A DNA stretch of 64,000 bases from positions 1-64,000 of IMG/VR virus record IMGVR_UViG_3300045988_027877. One strand, written 5' to 3'. The notes under the pieces are model-generated. The model did no database searches, was not told the DNA's origin, and was given only the letters and a program-made list of their open reading frames with translations. Made by a program: the position numbers and the translations under genes. Source of the DNA: a virus. Shown here in pieces: positions 41,035-50,542 of this stretch (within the stretch, counting starts at the first letter, position 1; each line of letters opens with the position of its first letter).

Positions 41035-42978
41035 GTAAATGACTTTGGTAAGGTGACAGGGATGCCGATTTACAAGGATTATACTTTCATTATAGACTAT
41101 GAACGTATAAGTTATGCTTCATCTGAAAGATGGGTAGCTGGTGTTGTATCTAAATCTCATGTAGCTAATCAAGGAGCTTTTATTTTAATGACAGCTAATA
41201 CAACAGTTGAGCCCTACAAACAAGCATATTCTTTTGGAGGAGTTACTTCATTTAATAGAGATGATTTTACAAGAGCTTTAGTATATCAAAGTAAGTATAA
41301 ATGTGGAGATGTCGATTTAACAGTAGGCGAAGGAGTTGATAGTAATACTCTTTGGCTAGGAACATTTAGAGATAATGACCAGAGGTTCTTCAACGGAGCT
41401 ATCTACTCTCTCATGTCCTTCCCTTATAGCATGTCCAAATTCTTGATAGAGCGTCAGTTGAAGAAGCATAAGCTGGGTACGCTGTATCCGGATATGGTGG
41501 AGTTCAGACCTGTTATAAAGAGTAACGTTTTATTAGATGCTAAGCCAACATTCGTTTTTCGTGGTACTAGTACTTATCTAAATGCAGGAGATTATGTTCC
41601 TGAAAATAGTCAAATATGGGTAAGTATTAAGATGAATAACATTGCCGATAGAATAACTAAGTTTACTGTTAATGGCAAAACTATTGATATTCCTGAAAAT
41701 GCTTATAGTGAAGTCACATTGCAATATGGTTTCCCTTTTGTAATAGATAAGTCTCCACAGAAGATTACTATGACTATCGAACAGGATGAAAACTACGTCC
41801 AATGGAATCCCACTGTGGAAAGTAATGTTGAGTATGCTTCTATTAATTATTTGCTTAGAATACCCGGTCAAGGCACAGTTACTCCTGTATCAGGTCAATA
41901 TTACCCAATATTATCTACTGATACCTCTCTAGTAATATATGTTGCTACAAAAGGAGTGGATGAAGTTGCTAATCTAACTATCAATGGACAAGAGCCTACC
42001 AGTAGTTCTATTCATGTTGATGGTAGATTTAAGTTTGAATTTCCTTTCAACAACTCCCCTCAAAAGATAAATATCACAATTGACGAGTACATCAGATACG
42101 AGGATATTGTGCAGCCGTATCCAAGTTTCGTTAAGTTAGAAAACCTAGATAGAACTTATACTTATACTTGGGGAGATAAGCTAAAAGTAGGAGATACTAT
42201 CAGGTATAATTCATCTGTAAACCTATTAGAAGGAGCTTATACTTTAAAGGGTCAATTAGAGTGCAACGGTGTATATGTATATGATAATAATCAATATATT
42301 ACTGTTGCTAAAGAGATGATATTTGCTTGGACAAATAGCCCTATTTGGTCAATTGATGATAATGAACCTAAATGTATTCTATCTCCTAGACTACTACGTA
42401 TTCCAAATTCTAGCTATAAGATATTGGGTTATATTCCTGATATATCAGGTCACGGTAATCATGGTAAGATAAACAATTCTGCTTATGCGGAAGGAAGTGG
42501 AGTTAATGAAGATGGTTCATACCAATTTGATGGCGTAGACGACTTTGTTACTATTCCTACTATTGTTGGTGGTAAGCAGGTATTGATGAAGGTGAATTGG
42601 CAAAGTGATGCTGCAAAAGCTATACTATATGACCAAAGAGGTTATCCTAATGAGTTTGCTATCTATAATGCTGATGTGGACAATAATAATCCTGTTTTTG
42701 CTTATCAGGCAAGAAATAATGGGCAAACATATATTGATGGTATTTTGAATAAAAATATCAAAGCATCTGAATTGAGGGCTATTACTCATAATATAACTAT
42801 TACAAATGAGTTAAGTTCAGGAGGAAATAATACCTATCCTATTATTGGTTCAAGCAAGGCGAATGCTAACTTTGTTAATATGGCATTATATGACTTCATG
42901 CTCTTCGATGAAATCTCAACAGATGACAAGATTTTAGAGCTGAATAAGTATGTAGGGATAGAAGGCAATACAGAATGA
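41035..42978 (+). CDS. tail fibre protein with LamG-like modules, C-terminal part (same frame as 39091..41034)
   Basis: Track ORF 41053..42978 (GTG start) is in the same frame as the upstream ORF, with no stop between 41035 and 41052. Motifs FFNGAIYSLMSFPYSMSKFLI and ISGHGNHGKINNSAYAEGSGVNEDGSYQFDGVDDFVTIP. No TAG. Confidence 0.55.
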   Translation, partial: VNDFGKVTGMPIYKDYTFIIDYERISYASSERWVAGVVSKSHVANQGAFILMTANTTVEPYKQAYSFGGVTSFNRDDFTRALVYQSKYKCGDVDLTVGEGVDSNTLWLGTFRDNDQRFFNGAIYSLMSFPYSMSKFLIERQLKKHKLGTLYPDMVEFRPVIKSNVLLDAKPTFVFRGTSTYLNAGDYVPENSQIWVSIKMNNIADRITKFTVNGKTIDIPENAYSEVTLQYGFPFVIDKSPQKITMTIEQDENYVQWNPTVESNVEYASINYLLRIPGQGTVTPVSGQYYPILSTDTSLVIYVATKGVDEVANLTINGQEPTSSSIHVDGRFKFEFPFNNSPQKINITIDEYIRYEDIVQPYPSFVKLENLDRTYTYTWGDKLKVGDTIRYNSSVNLLEGAYTLKGQLECNGVYVYDNNQYITVAKEMIFAWTNSPIWSIDDNEPKCILSPRLLRIPNSSYKILGYIPDISGHGNHGKINNSAYAEGSGVNEDGSYQFDGVDDFVTIPTIVGGKQVLMKVNWQSDAAKAILYDQRGYPNEFAIYNADVDNNNPVFAYQARNNGQTYIDGILNKNIKASELRAITHNITITNELSSGGNNTYPIIGSSKANANFVNMALYDFMLFDEISTDDKILELNKYVGIEGNTE

Positions 42979-43024
42979 AGAAAGACGAAATAATTGATTT
43001 AAATAACAAAATATTTATACAAGA

Positions 43025-43300
43025 ATGAAATATATAGTAGTACCAGCTGAAGAGCTGATTGACATAACACAAGAAACATTAGATGAATTACATTTAGTAT
43101 TTCGTTATAGTGTAGATGGAACTAAAGTAATAATGAAAGTTGCTAACTATGAATTACTATTCCCATCAATAATGACTTTACCATTAACAGATGAAGATGA
43201 AGTTACAGAAGTAGTATATCCTTATCCTACTTATGAAGGTGACGCATTGGAAGAACTGTTAAACAGTGATGAATGGACTAATAAAGAAGAACAACTATGA
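43025..43300 (+). CDS. hypothetical small acidic protein
   Basis: 91-aa ORF; TGA stop in an ATGA overlap with the next gene. Confidence 0.45.
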   Translation: MKYIVVPAEELIDITQETLDELHLVFRYSVDGTKVIMKVANYELLFPSIMTLPLTDEDEVTEVVYPYPTYEGDALEELLNSDEWTNKEEQL

Positions 43301-43827
43301 GAGAAACTATAAATTTCGTACCTAGTAAGTCAACCCCCAATCACAAAGAAGTACAGTATTGGATAGACTTACAAACTGATCCATATGGTAGATGTATTAA
43401 AACATGGACTGGATCTGAATGGAGTACTATTACTGATAATGATTTGATTGAGACTATTTAGAAAGAACTAGACAGTAAAGCTAATAAAGCCACTACTCTA
43501 TCTGGTTATGGTATTTCTGATGCATATACTAAAACTCAAGTAGATGCTAAAGTAGCATCAGTATATAGAGTGAAAGGTTCTGTAGCTAATTTCGAAGCAC
43601 TACCTGCTACAGCTGTAGTTGGTGATGTATATAACTTAACAGATACTGGAGCTAACTATGTATGTATTGTAGCTAATCCTGCTGAATGGGATAAGTTATC
43701 TGAAACAGTAGACCTTAGTCATTGTGTAGCTTCAGATGATGTATCTAATGTAGTTGCTATGACTCAAGCTGAATATGAAGCTCTACAGACTAAAGATTCT
43801 AAAACACTTTATTTAATTCACGAATAA
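43297..43827 (+). CDS. tail fibre protein (one in-frame TAG)
   Basis: ...ATTLSGYGISDAYTKTQVDAKVASVYRVKGSVANFEALPATAVVGDVYNLTDTGANY...WDKL is the common phage tail-fibre repeat motif. In frame with track ORF 43570..43827. Confidence 0.65.
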
Positions 43828-43828
43828 T

Positions 43829-45070
43829 ATGAAACTAGGAGATAGAAATATTATAGCTGCATACTTAGGTGATGTGAACGTATTCACTAATTACTATGGC
43901 GTCAGCTTTCCTCTTGAACCTCAGAATACTATTCTAACTAGAACAGGTTATATGCCTTGGCATAAAGAACTACCTATACAGTCTAAGATGAAGTCTTGCA
44001 CGATTACTTCTGATGGAACAGTTAAATATCTTAGTGTTACAGATAGAACCAAGTATGAAGATGGTACTGATAGAGACATGACATTAAATACTATGGTAGA
44101 AATACCAGAGTTCTGGTATAAATGTATGAGAGATGATACTACTGTATATTTGAACTTATATCCAGCAGATCCTCATATTCCAGAAGCTGAACATGTGGAG
44201 AAGTTCTATATTTCTGCATATGAAGCATCTAATGTAGATAATGTGTTAAAATCTATTAACAATGGATCTATTACTCCAGTAGTAAACATTAATAGAACTA
44301 CTATGCAATCTAGAGCTAGGGCTAATAACTCCAGTACTACGAATTGGAACATGTATACTTACAGAGCTCATAGAATACTTACTGTGCTTTACTTAGTTGA
44401 ATATGCATGTACCAACAGTTAGAAAGCTTTCAATGCCGAATTAACTGCAGAAGGATATCATCAAGGAGGATTAGGAGATGGAGTTACTACAGGTAATATT
44501 AAAGTAAATGGAGTTGATACATGGAGTTTTATACCTTGTGGAAGTACAGACGAACATGGAAACTCTACTGGTATAACTTCCGTTACTGTTAATAGTACTG
44601 ACGCAGAAGGTGTTGCAACTCAGAAATCTTATAATGTTCCTACTTATAGAGGTATTGAGAATCCATTTGGTCATGTATGGAAAAATTGTATAGACACACT
44701 TGTACATTTTAATGCACAAACTAATAAAAATGACGTTTATATAAATACCGACTTAAGTACATTTGGATCTACTGATATATCTGATTATGACTATCAATGT
44801 AGTACTACTATTACTGAAGGTTATAAGAAGAAATTGGTATACAATGCAGCATTTGACATACTTCCTCCAATAGATGAAGCATTTGGTGGTAGTACTACAA
44901 CTTATTGGTGTGACTACAATTGGACTAATAATAGTACAACTGATAGGCTAACATTAATAGGCGGTCGTGCTGGTTCTGGCGCGGCTGCTGGGTTGCTCTC
45001 TGTTTATTCTGCCGATGGGCTTGGCGCTGCTCATGCTGGTGTCGGTACTCGGTTAATCTATATACCGTAA
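43829..45070 (+). CDS. DGR target protein (variable receptor-binding protein, probable C-type-lectin fold), one in-frame TAG
   Basis: Track ORFs 43829..44422 and 44834..45070 share a frame; the gap was traced and contains only TAG 44420. YRGIENPFGHVWKNCID precedes the Gly/Ala-rich VR-encoded C-terminus GGRAGSGAAAGLLSVYSADGLGAAHAGVGTR. Confidence 0.8.
44960..45052 (+). repeat. DGR variable repeat (VR)
   Basis: Aligned by hand to 45109-45201 at a constant offset of 149. Over 91 positions, 63 are identical and 28 are mismatched; every mismatch is an A in the TR. Confidence 0.95.
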
Positions 45071-45089
45071 TTTAATTAAAAATATAGAT
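45056..45089 (+). other. hairpin immediately 3' of VR, spanning the target stop codon
   Basis: atctatat (45056-45063) pairs with atatagat (45082-45089): 8 bp with an 18-nt loop. Confidence 0.4.
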
Positions 45090-45108
45090 AGGTTGTTCCT
45101 CATCATTA

Positions 45109-45201
45109 AGCAGTAATGCTAGTAATAGCACGAATGCTAGGTTACTCAATGTTAATTCTAACAATGAGCTTAGCAATGCTAATGCTAATGTCAGTACACT
45201 G
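45109..45201 (+). repeat. DGR template repeat (TR)
   Basis: A-rich noncoding copy of the VR. Read in the VR frame it is rich in AAT/AAC/AGT/AGC codons (SSNASNSTNARLLNVNSNNELSNANANVST). Contains 32 adenines, of which only 4 are retained in the VR. Confidence 0.95.
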
Positions 45202-45328
45202 AATCCGTAATTAAACAAATAAAGAAATTAAGAGACTGTAGAGGGAGACCTTACCCCTTGGTAAAAGATAACATACTAATTAACTGTGTTAGTAACTTTT
45301 TTCGTGAAAACTCGGTAATGGATTACAG

Positions 45329-46354
45329 ATGAAAAGATATAATAATTTATTTGACAAAATAGTAACTTTAGACAATTTATATCTAGCGGATAAAAGAGCT
45401 AGAAGACAAAAACAACATAGACCTGAAATAATTAATTTTGATAAGAATAGAGAAAAATTACTTTTAGATCTATAGAAGAAATTAATAGATGGTGAATATA
45501 AGACTTCTGAATATTATATATTCAAGATATATGAACCTAAAGAAAGAGAAATATTCAAGCTTCCATACTATCCAGATAGAATAGTACATCATGCTATTAT
45601 GAATATTATGGAACCTATTTGGATATCATCCTTCATTAAAGGAACTTATAGTTGTATAAAAAATCGTGGTATACATAAAGCTCTGAAAGATGTTAAGTTC
45701 GCACTGAAAGATGAAGTCAATACAAAGTACTGTCTTAAGTTAGATGTCAGAAAATTTTATCCTTCAATAGATCATGATATATTAAAATAGCTAATAAGAA
45801 GAAAAGTAAAAGATAAGAAATTATTAATTATATTAGATGAAATAATAGATTCTGCATAGGGAGTACCAATTGGTAATTACTTATCACAATTCTTTGCTAA
45901 TTTATATTTAACATATCTAGATCACTGGATTAAAGAAGAGAAACATATAAAATACTATTTCAGGTACGCAGACGATATAGTAATATTAGGAAAAGACAAA
46001 GAAGAACTACGTCAGTTGTTCAAAGACATGAAAGAGTATATTGAAACTAAACTCAATATAAAGTTTAAAGACAATTGGCAGATATTCAAAGTAGATTCTA
46101 GAGGAATAGACTTTGTAGGATATAGAGTATATCACACTCATGTTCTTCTAAGGAAAACTATTAAGAAGAACTTCTGTAGAAAGATCAGTAAATTAAACAG
46201 AAGAGACGATCTTAGTAAGAGTGAATACAAATAGAAGATCTGTAGTTATATAGGTTGGATTAAATATTGTAATGGTAAGAATCTTTTAAGTAAAATGACA
46301 AAACATAAAGAGCTATTGGAATACATTAATACAAGTAAACGTAAGAGAACCTAA
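45329..46354 (+). CDS. DGR reverse transcriptase (4 in-frame TAG)
   Basis: ATG 45329 is in frame with track ORFs 45599..45790 and 46016..46234. TAGs at 45473, 45788, 45857 and 46232; TAA at 46352. Motifs: KEREIFKLPYYPDRIVHHA, LKLDVRKFYPSIDH, GVPIGNYLSQFFANLYL, FRYADDIVILG. Confidence 0.9.
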
Positions 46355-46399
46355 TACATATAACTACGTTTTATAAGTAGTTTTCAGATTCATTGTCAG

Positions 46400-46438
46400 A
46401 TCCTAGTACATAAAGTTTGCGCTAGGATTAATTTTTTT
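46400..46438 (+). terminator. rho-independent terminator after the RT
   Basis: atcctag...ctaggat (7-bp stem) followed by taattttttt. Confidence 0.55.
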
Positions 46439-46451
46439 AAAGATATCTCAA

Positions 46452-47075
46452 ATGTTTATAGAGTTTTTACCACAGATACTTACAGGAATAGCTTCTATCG
46501 CAGCACTCTGGTTTACTTATAATCAGTATACTAAAAATAAAATGACTGACTATAAGATTGAGAAATGGAGAAAAGAAGAACATCAGAATAACGTAAAGAA
46601 GGCTGGTAGCATTGCTACTATATATGGTGAGTTGTGGGAGTTATTATACTTCCTCAAAGCGGATAGAGTATACCTAATTCAACCACATCCTTTGTATAGA
46701 GAGATGTTCATATCTGCTACGCTTGAAGTAAAGAAGTACGGAGTATCTTCAGTAAGAGAATCTCTATGTGATATTAAGATTGAATCAGTAGCTAACCTCG
46801 TATCAGAACTAGCAAACCAAGATTATTTGTTCATAAAAGATATTGAATCATCTAATCTGGATAACAAGATTAAATCTATAATGACAAGTAACGGTTGTCA
46901 TACTACTGCTATACGAAAGTTATCAGACGAAAAGAATAACTGGATTGGAAGTATAGTAATAGGCTACATTCATGACTTCGATGAAAATGAAGTAGATGTA
47001 GAACTAGTAGAAAAAATGTCTAGATCTAGTGCGCTAGCAATCTAGTATATATTACCAGAATTTAAAACAGAATAA
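46452..47075 (+). CDS. hypothetical protein with N-terminal TM helix (one in-frame TAG)
   Basis: Track ORF 46452..47045 continues past its TAG to TAA at 47073. N-terminal ILTGIASIAALWF. Confidence 0.5.
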
Positions 47076-47076
47076 C

Positions 47077-47691
47077 ATGTTATCAGAGATTAAGAGTTAT
47101 CTCAGTAAATTGGCAGTCACTATCATAATTGGTTTGGCTGCCTTTTGTTTTTATTAGAGTAAGAAGATATAGGTTCTAGATGAACGTCTAGGGCAAGTAA
47201 CAAATAATTACGAATATTACCAGAGTTTGACAAGTAGATTAAGAGACGATAATAGAACACTTCAGTTGAAGGTAGTAGATCTAAATAACTCAAATGATAG
47301 TTTACTCTAGACTGCCAAGGAAGTGTAGAAAGAATTAAAGATCAAAGACAAGAACCTCTAGTAGGTACAAGTAATCAATACAGAAATGAAGGATACTATT
47401 ACTAAAATAATAACTAAAGAAGTAGACTTTAAAGAAGACTTAAAGCTAAATCCTTTAACTACTATCACAGTAGAAAGAAAAGACTCAATCTTAACCGCCA
47501 TATTAGATTTAAGGAACTCTCAAGTATTGTTCGTAGAAGAGAAAAAAGAATATCGTAATAAGTATAAGAATGGCTTCTAGAGGTTCTTACACTTTGATTG
47601 GAAGAAAGATCGTATCAGAAAGTATCAGATATATAACAGCAATGACTTAATTAAAGTAACAGATACTAGGATAGTTGAAGTTACGGAATAA
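47077..47691 (+). CDS. membrane-anchored coiled-coil protein (spanin-like; 8 in-frame TAG)
   Basis: MLSEIKSYLSKLAVTIIIGLAAFCFY[TAG]... followed by heptad-like sequence. In frame with track ORF 47386..47580. TAA at 47689. Confidence 0.4.
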
Positions 47692-47724
47692 TCAAACAAA
47701 ATATTAAAATTAATCAATAATAAT

Positions 47725-48324
47725 ATGCATAGAATAATCCGTACAAAAGCTTATGAAGCTAAGCATGGTCCTCACTTTGATGACGAACATGCGCGTAAAG
47801 CTGTAAGTAAGATGGAGAATGAGGACGGCTCTAAAGGTCAACACTGGTCATTAGAGGAAACTTCTGCCTTAGCTAATCAGTATGGAATTCGTTTTGATGA
47901 CAAGTTCAACAAATACGATTGGTATGTTGCATTGAATATGGTTTACTCTGATTACTATAGAGTGATAGTTAACATGACTGGCTCTAACAACGCTAAGTAC
48001 TTTGTAGAACTAGCTAAAGCTTGGTTATGTGACAAAGATATCGACGAAGGTAAGATGTGGTATTACTATATTTATATCATGTGCGACAAGATTAGAGAAG
48101 CTGAAGATGAACTCTTCGACAGAAACTACAGCAGATATGAAGATGATGACGATGATGAAGCCTACGGTAACTTTCGTAGAGGCGGAAGAATGGGAAGATC
48201 TTCATATGGTAGACGTAGAGAATATGACAGAGAATACGACGAGAGGGACTATGAGAAGGAGAAAATGTTTCCCTACGAAGATGAACTCAAACGTGGTCGT
48301 TCTGTGCGCTACATTAGATATTAA
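47725..48324 (+). CDS. hypothetical protein with Arg/Asp/Tyr/Glu-rich low-complexity tail (TAG-free)
   Basis: 199-aa ORF; the alternative-frame ORF 48029..48373 was rejected. Confidence 0.55.
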   Translation: MHRIIRTKAYEAKHGPHFDDEHARKAVSKMENEDGSKGQHWSLEETSALANQYGIRFDDKFNKYDWYVALNMVYSDYYRVIVNMTGSNNAKYFVELAKAWLCDKDIDEGKMWYYYIYIMCDKIREAEDELFDRNYSRYEDDDDDEAYGNFRRGGRMGRSSYGRRREYDREYDERDYEKEKMFPYEDELKRGRSVRYIRY

Positions 48325-48359
48325 TCAAATAAAATCAATCCTAAATAAAATCAACAATT

Positions 48360-49343
48360 ATGTTAGAAGATAAAATTATCCTTCAAGACCGCGGTTTCGA
48401 CGCTGGTCTGGCTGCTTTAATGCAGAACGCAAATAAAGGTATGGACCCTGCTGCTTTGATGGCTATGATGAATAACAATGGCGGATTCGGCGGTAACGGC
48501 GGATGGTGGTGGATCTGGATTATCCTGATCTTCTTCTGCTGGGGTGGCTGGGGAGGCAATGGCTTCGGTAACAGAGGTGGCGAAGCTTCTCAACTTGCTT
48601 CTCAATTGAATACTGATGCTAATACTAGTCTGTTGATGCAGGCTATCAATGGTAACAAAGAAGCTATCAGCAACTTGTCTAATACTCTGAATTGTGACTT
48701 TAACTCAGTATAGAGTGCATTGAATACTATTAATGCTAGTGTAAACCAGATTGCTTGCGATACTAAGTTGTCCAGTCAGCAAGTAATAAATGCTATTACT
48801 TCAGGTAATGCATCTCTTGCTTCTGAATTGGCAAACTGCTGCTGCACCACTTAGAGATCTATAGATGGTGTAAATCTTAACCTGACTAAGATGGGTTACG
48901 AAAACCAGTTGGCTGTATGCAATCAAACTAACAACTTGGTTAACACAATGAACAGCAATACTTTGTCTCTGCGTGATAATGGTACTGCAAATACTAATGC
49001 TATTATAGCAAAACTTGATGCTATGCAAAATCAGGCACTACTTGACAAGATTGACTCTCTGCGTGAGAAAAACTCTACACTGGTATCTCAGTTAAGTCAA
49101 GAACATCAGACTGCTACATTTGGTACAATGATAAGTCAGGCTACTACGCCTATCGTTACTAAGTTAAATGCATTGCAATCTGACGTTGATGGTATCAAGT
49201 GCAAACTTCCTAACACTGTAAGTGTACCATATCCTCAGCTGTCTGTTTATAATCCAGAAGTTTTCAAAGCTGCTGCGTATGGAGCTTTTGCTGGTGATAC
49301 TTATGCAAACTACGGAGTAGGTTATAACAACTGTGGTTGCTAA
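48360..49343 (+). CDS. hypothetical membrane protein with Gly/Trp-rich helix and long Asn/Gln/Ser-rich coiled region (2 in-frame TAG)
   Basis: Track ORFs 48360..48713 and 48891..49343 share a frame. Contains GGFGGNGGWWWIWIILIFFCWGGWGGNGFG. Preceded by the CTAAATAA motif. Confidence 0.55.
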
Positions 49344-49360
49344 TAAGAAAGGAGGTAATT

Positions 49361-49801
49361 ATGTTTCCTTTCTATAATACACAACAAACACTATTCCCGT
49401 TTGGTCCTTTTAATCCGTTCTTCTTCGGTAGACGTCGCAGAAGATTGAATACTATTTCTGGTATACCGGTACTTAGAACTACAGGTGTATCTGCTACTAC
49501 TACAGAAGTAAGATATGACGTAAATCATCAGGAATTCCTTAGTTTGCCTAAAGAAGGACTGTTTTTCTTGGATGTAAGACAGGCATCTGCTACAGCTGAC
49601 GCTTCTCTTCCAGTTGGTTTATCAGATGATAATGCAGAGAACAATACTACTCAAAGCATGCTTCGTAATGCATTACAAGAAGAAGTACAAGCCAGTGACT
49701 TACAACTCAATTTCAGATATTTGATTTACTATAATAAATGTAATAACACTTATCAATTAGTAAATGCATATCCTACAAACATAGCTGCACAGGCAGCTTA
49801 A
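49361..49801 (+). CDS. hypothetical protein (TAG-free) with strong Shine-Dalgarno
   Basis: ATG 49361 is preceded by aaaggagg at 49348-49355. MFPFYNTQQTLFPFGPFNPFFFGRRRRR... Confidence 0.55.
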   Translation: MFPFYNTQQTLFPFGPFNPFFFGRRRRRLNTISGIPVLRTTGVSATTTEVRYDVNHQEFLSLPKEGLFFLDVRQASATADASLPVGLSDDNAENNTTQSMLRNALQEEVQASDLQLNFRYLIYYNKCNNTYQLVNAYPTNIAAQAA

Positions 49802-49810
49802 TATTAACAA

Positions 49811-49826
49811 GGGCTCTTCGGAGCCC
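49811..49826 (+). terminator. stem-loop terminator
   Basis: gggctc-ttcg-gagccc. Confidence 0.55.
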
Positions 49827-49843
49827 TTAAACAAATACTTATT

Positions 49844-50410
49844 ATGATAACATTTTCGCAATTGAGTATAGGCGATCCTATATATGTATTAGAAATCATA
49901 GGTACATTTAAGAAGAGTACTAATTACTTTGCTGGTAATATAGTAAGTGTATCTAAAGTGTATGACGAACCACTACCACCATAGTAGTTTCCAATGCCTA
50001 ACTAGAATAGAAAGAAGTTAGTAGACATAGTTATAAGTTGTGGTGGTGAACAAAAGAAGCTAACAGTAGAAGAAGGTAAATCATTGATTAATGATACTCA
50101 ATTAGGTCTTACTGTAGCTACAGATAAACAGCATATAGTCAACATGGTTAAGTCTAGTTACAATGAATACAAAGCAAAGAAAGAAGCTGTTGCTAGGTAT
50201 GATGAAGAAATGACAAAATGTGAAGCTATACTTAAGTAGTTAGACTATACAGAGAAAGAACCTGAGAAAGAAGATCCTAGAATATAGGAACTACAAGATT
50301 AGGTTAAAGAACTTAAAGATTTAATAAAGCAAGCAAGTAATATGGTTCCACCTTAGATGAAACAGATGTTACCATAGAATATACAGAATGCAATGAATGA
50401 GGCTAGTTAA
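49844..50410 (+). CDS. hypothetical protein (8 in-frame TAG, including a tandem pair)
   Basis: Manual translation from ATG 49844; the end was traced to TAA at 50408. No fragment reaches the track length cutoff, so the gene is invisible under the standard code. Confidence 0.45.
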
Positions 50411-50430
50411 TACTAGCCTTTTTTATTTTA
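50401..50430 (+). terminator. rho-independent terminator
   Basis: ggctagt-taa-tactagcc followed by ttttttatttta. Confidence 0.6.
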
Positions 50431-50542
50431 AGACGTTTAGACAAACGCTATTATATTGGTCGATCAGTTGTACTATCCAACACACAAAAGAGCTTAGAGA
50501 AGCTTAAAATACGTTATAAGTATATTTAATAAATAATGCATT

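Larger units (their letters stand above)
43829..46354 (+). mobile_element. diversity-generating retroelement cassette (target gene with VR, TR, reverse transcriptase)
   Basis: See the component features. VR and TR are 91 nt long and differ only at TR adenines. The RT carries YADD and IGNYLSQ motifs. Confidence 0.9.

Noticed and set aside
39975-42125. The GC-rich islands in the LamG fibre as additional DGR variable repeats.
   Set aside because: They show no similarity to the TR at 45109-45201 and are not depleted in adenine.
45070-45329. An Avd accessory gene or a second (remote) VR belonging to the DGR.
   Set aside because: There is no ORF of suitable size between the target and the RT. The neighbours 43025..43300 (acidic) and 46452..47075 (TM protein) do not look like Avd. 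I found no other TR-like segment by eye, but a computational search is needed to exclude remote VRs.
48029-48373. Alternative-frame plus-strand ORFs: 48029..48373, 29280..29486, 54025..54249, 2553..2951 and 4442..4744(-).
   Set aside because: Each overlaps a better-supported frame (longer, with recognisable motifs or continuity with neighbouring fragments), and none has independent start signals.
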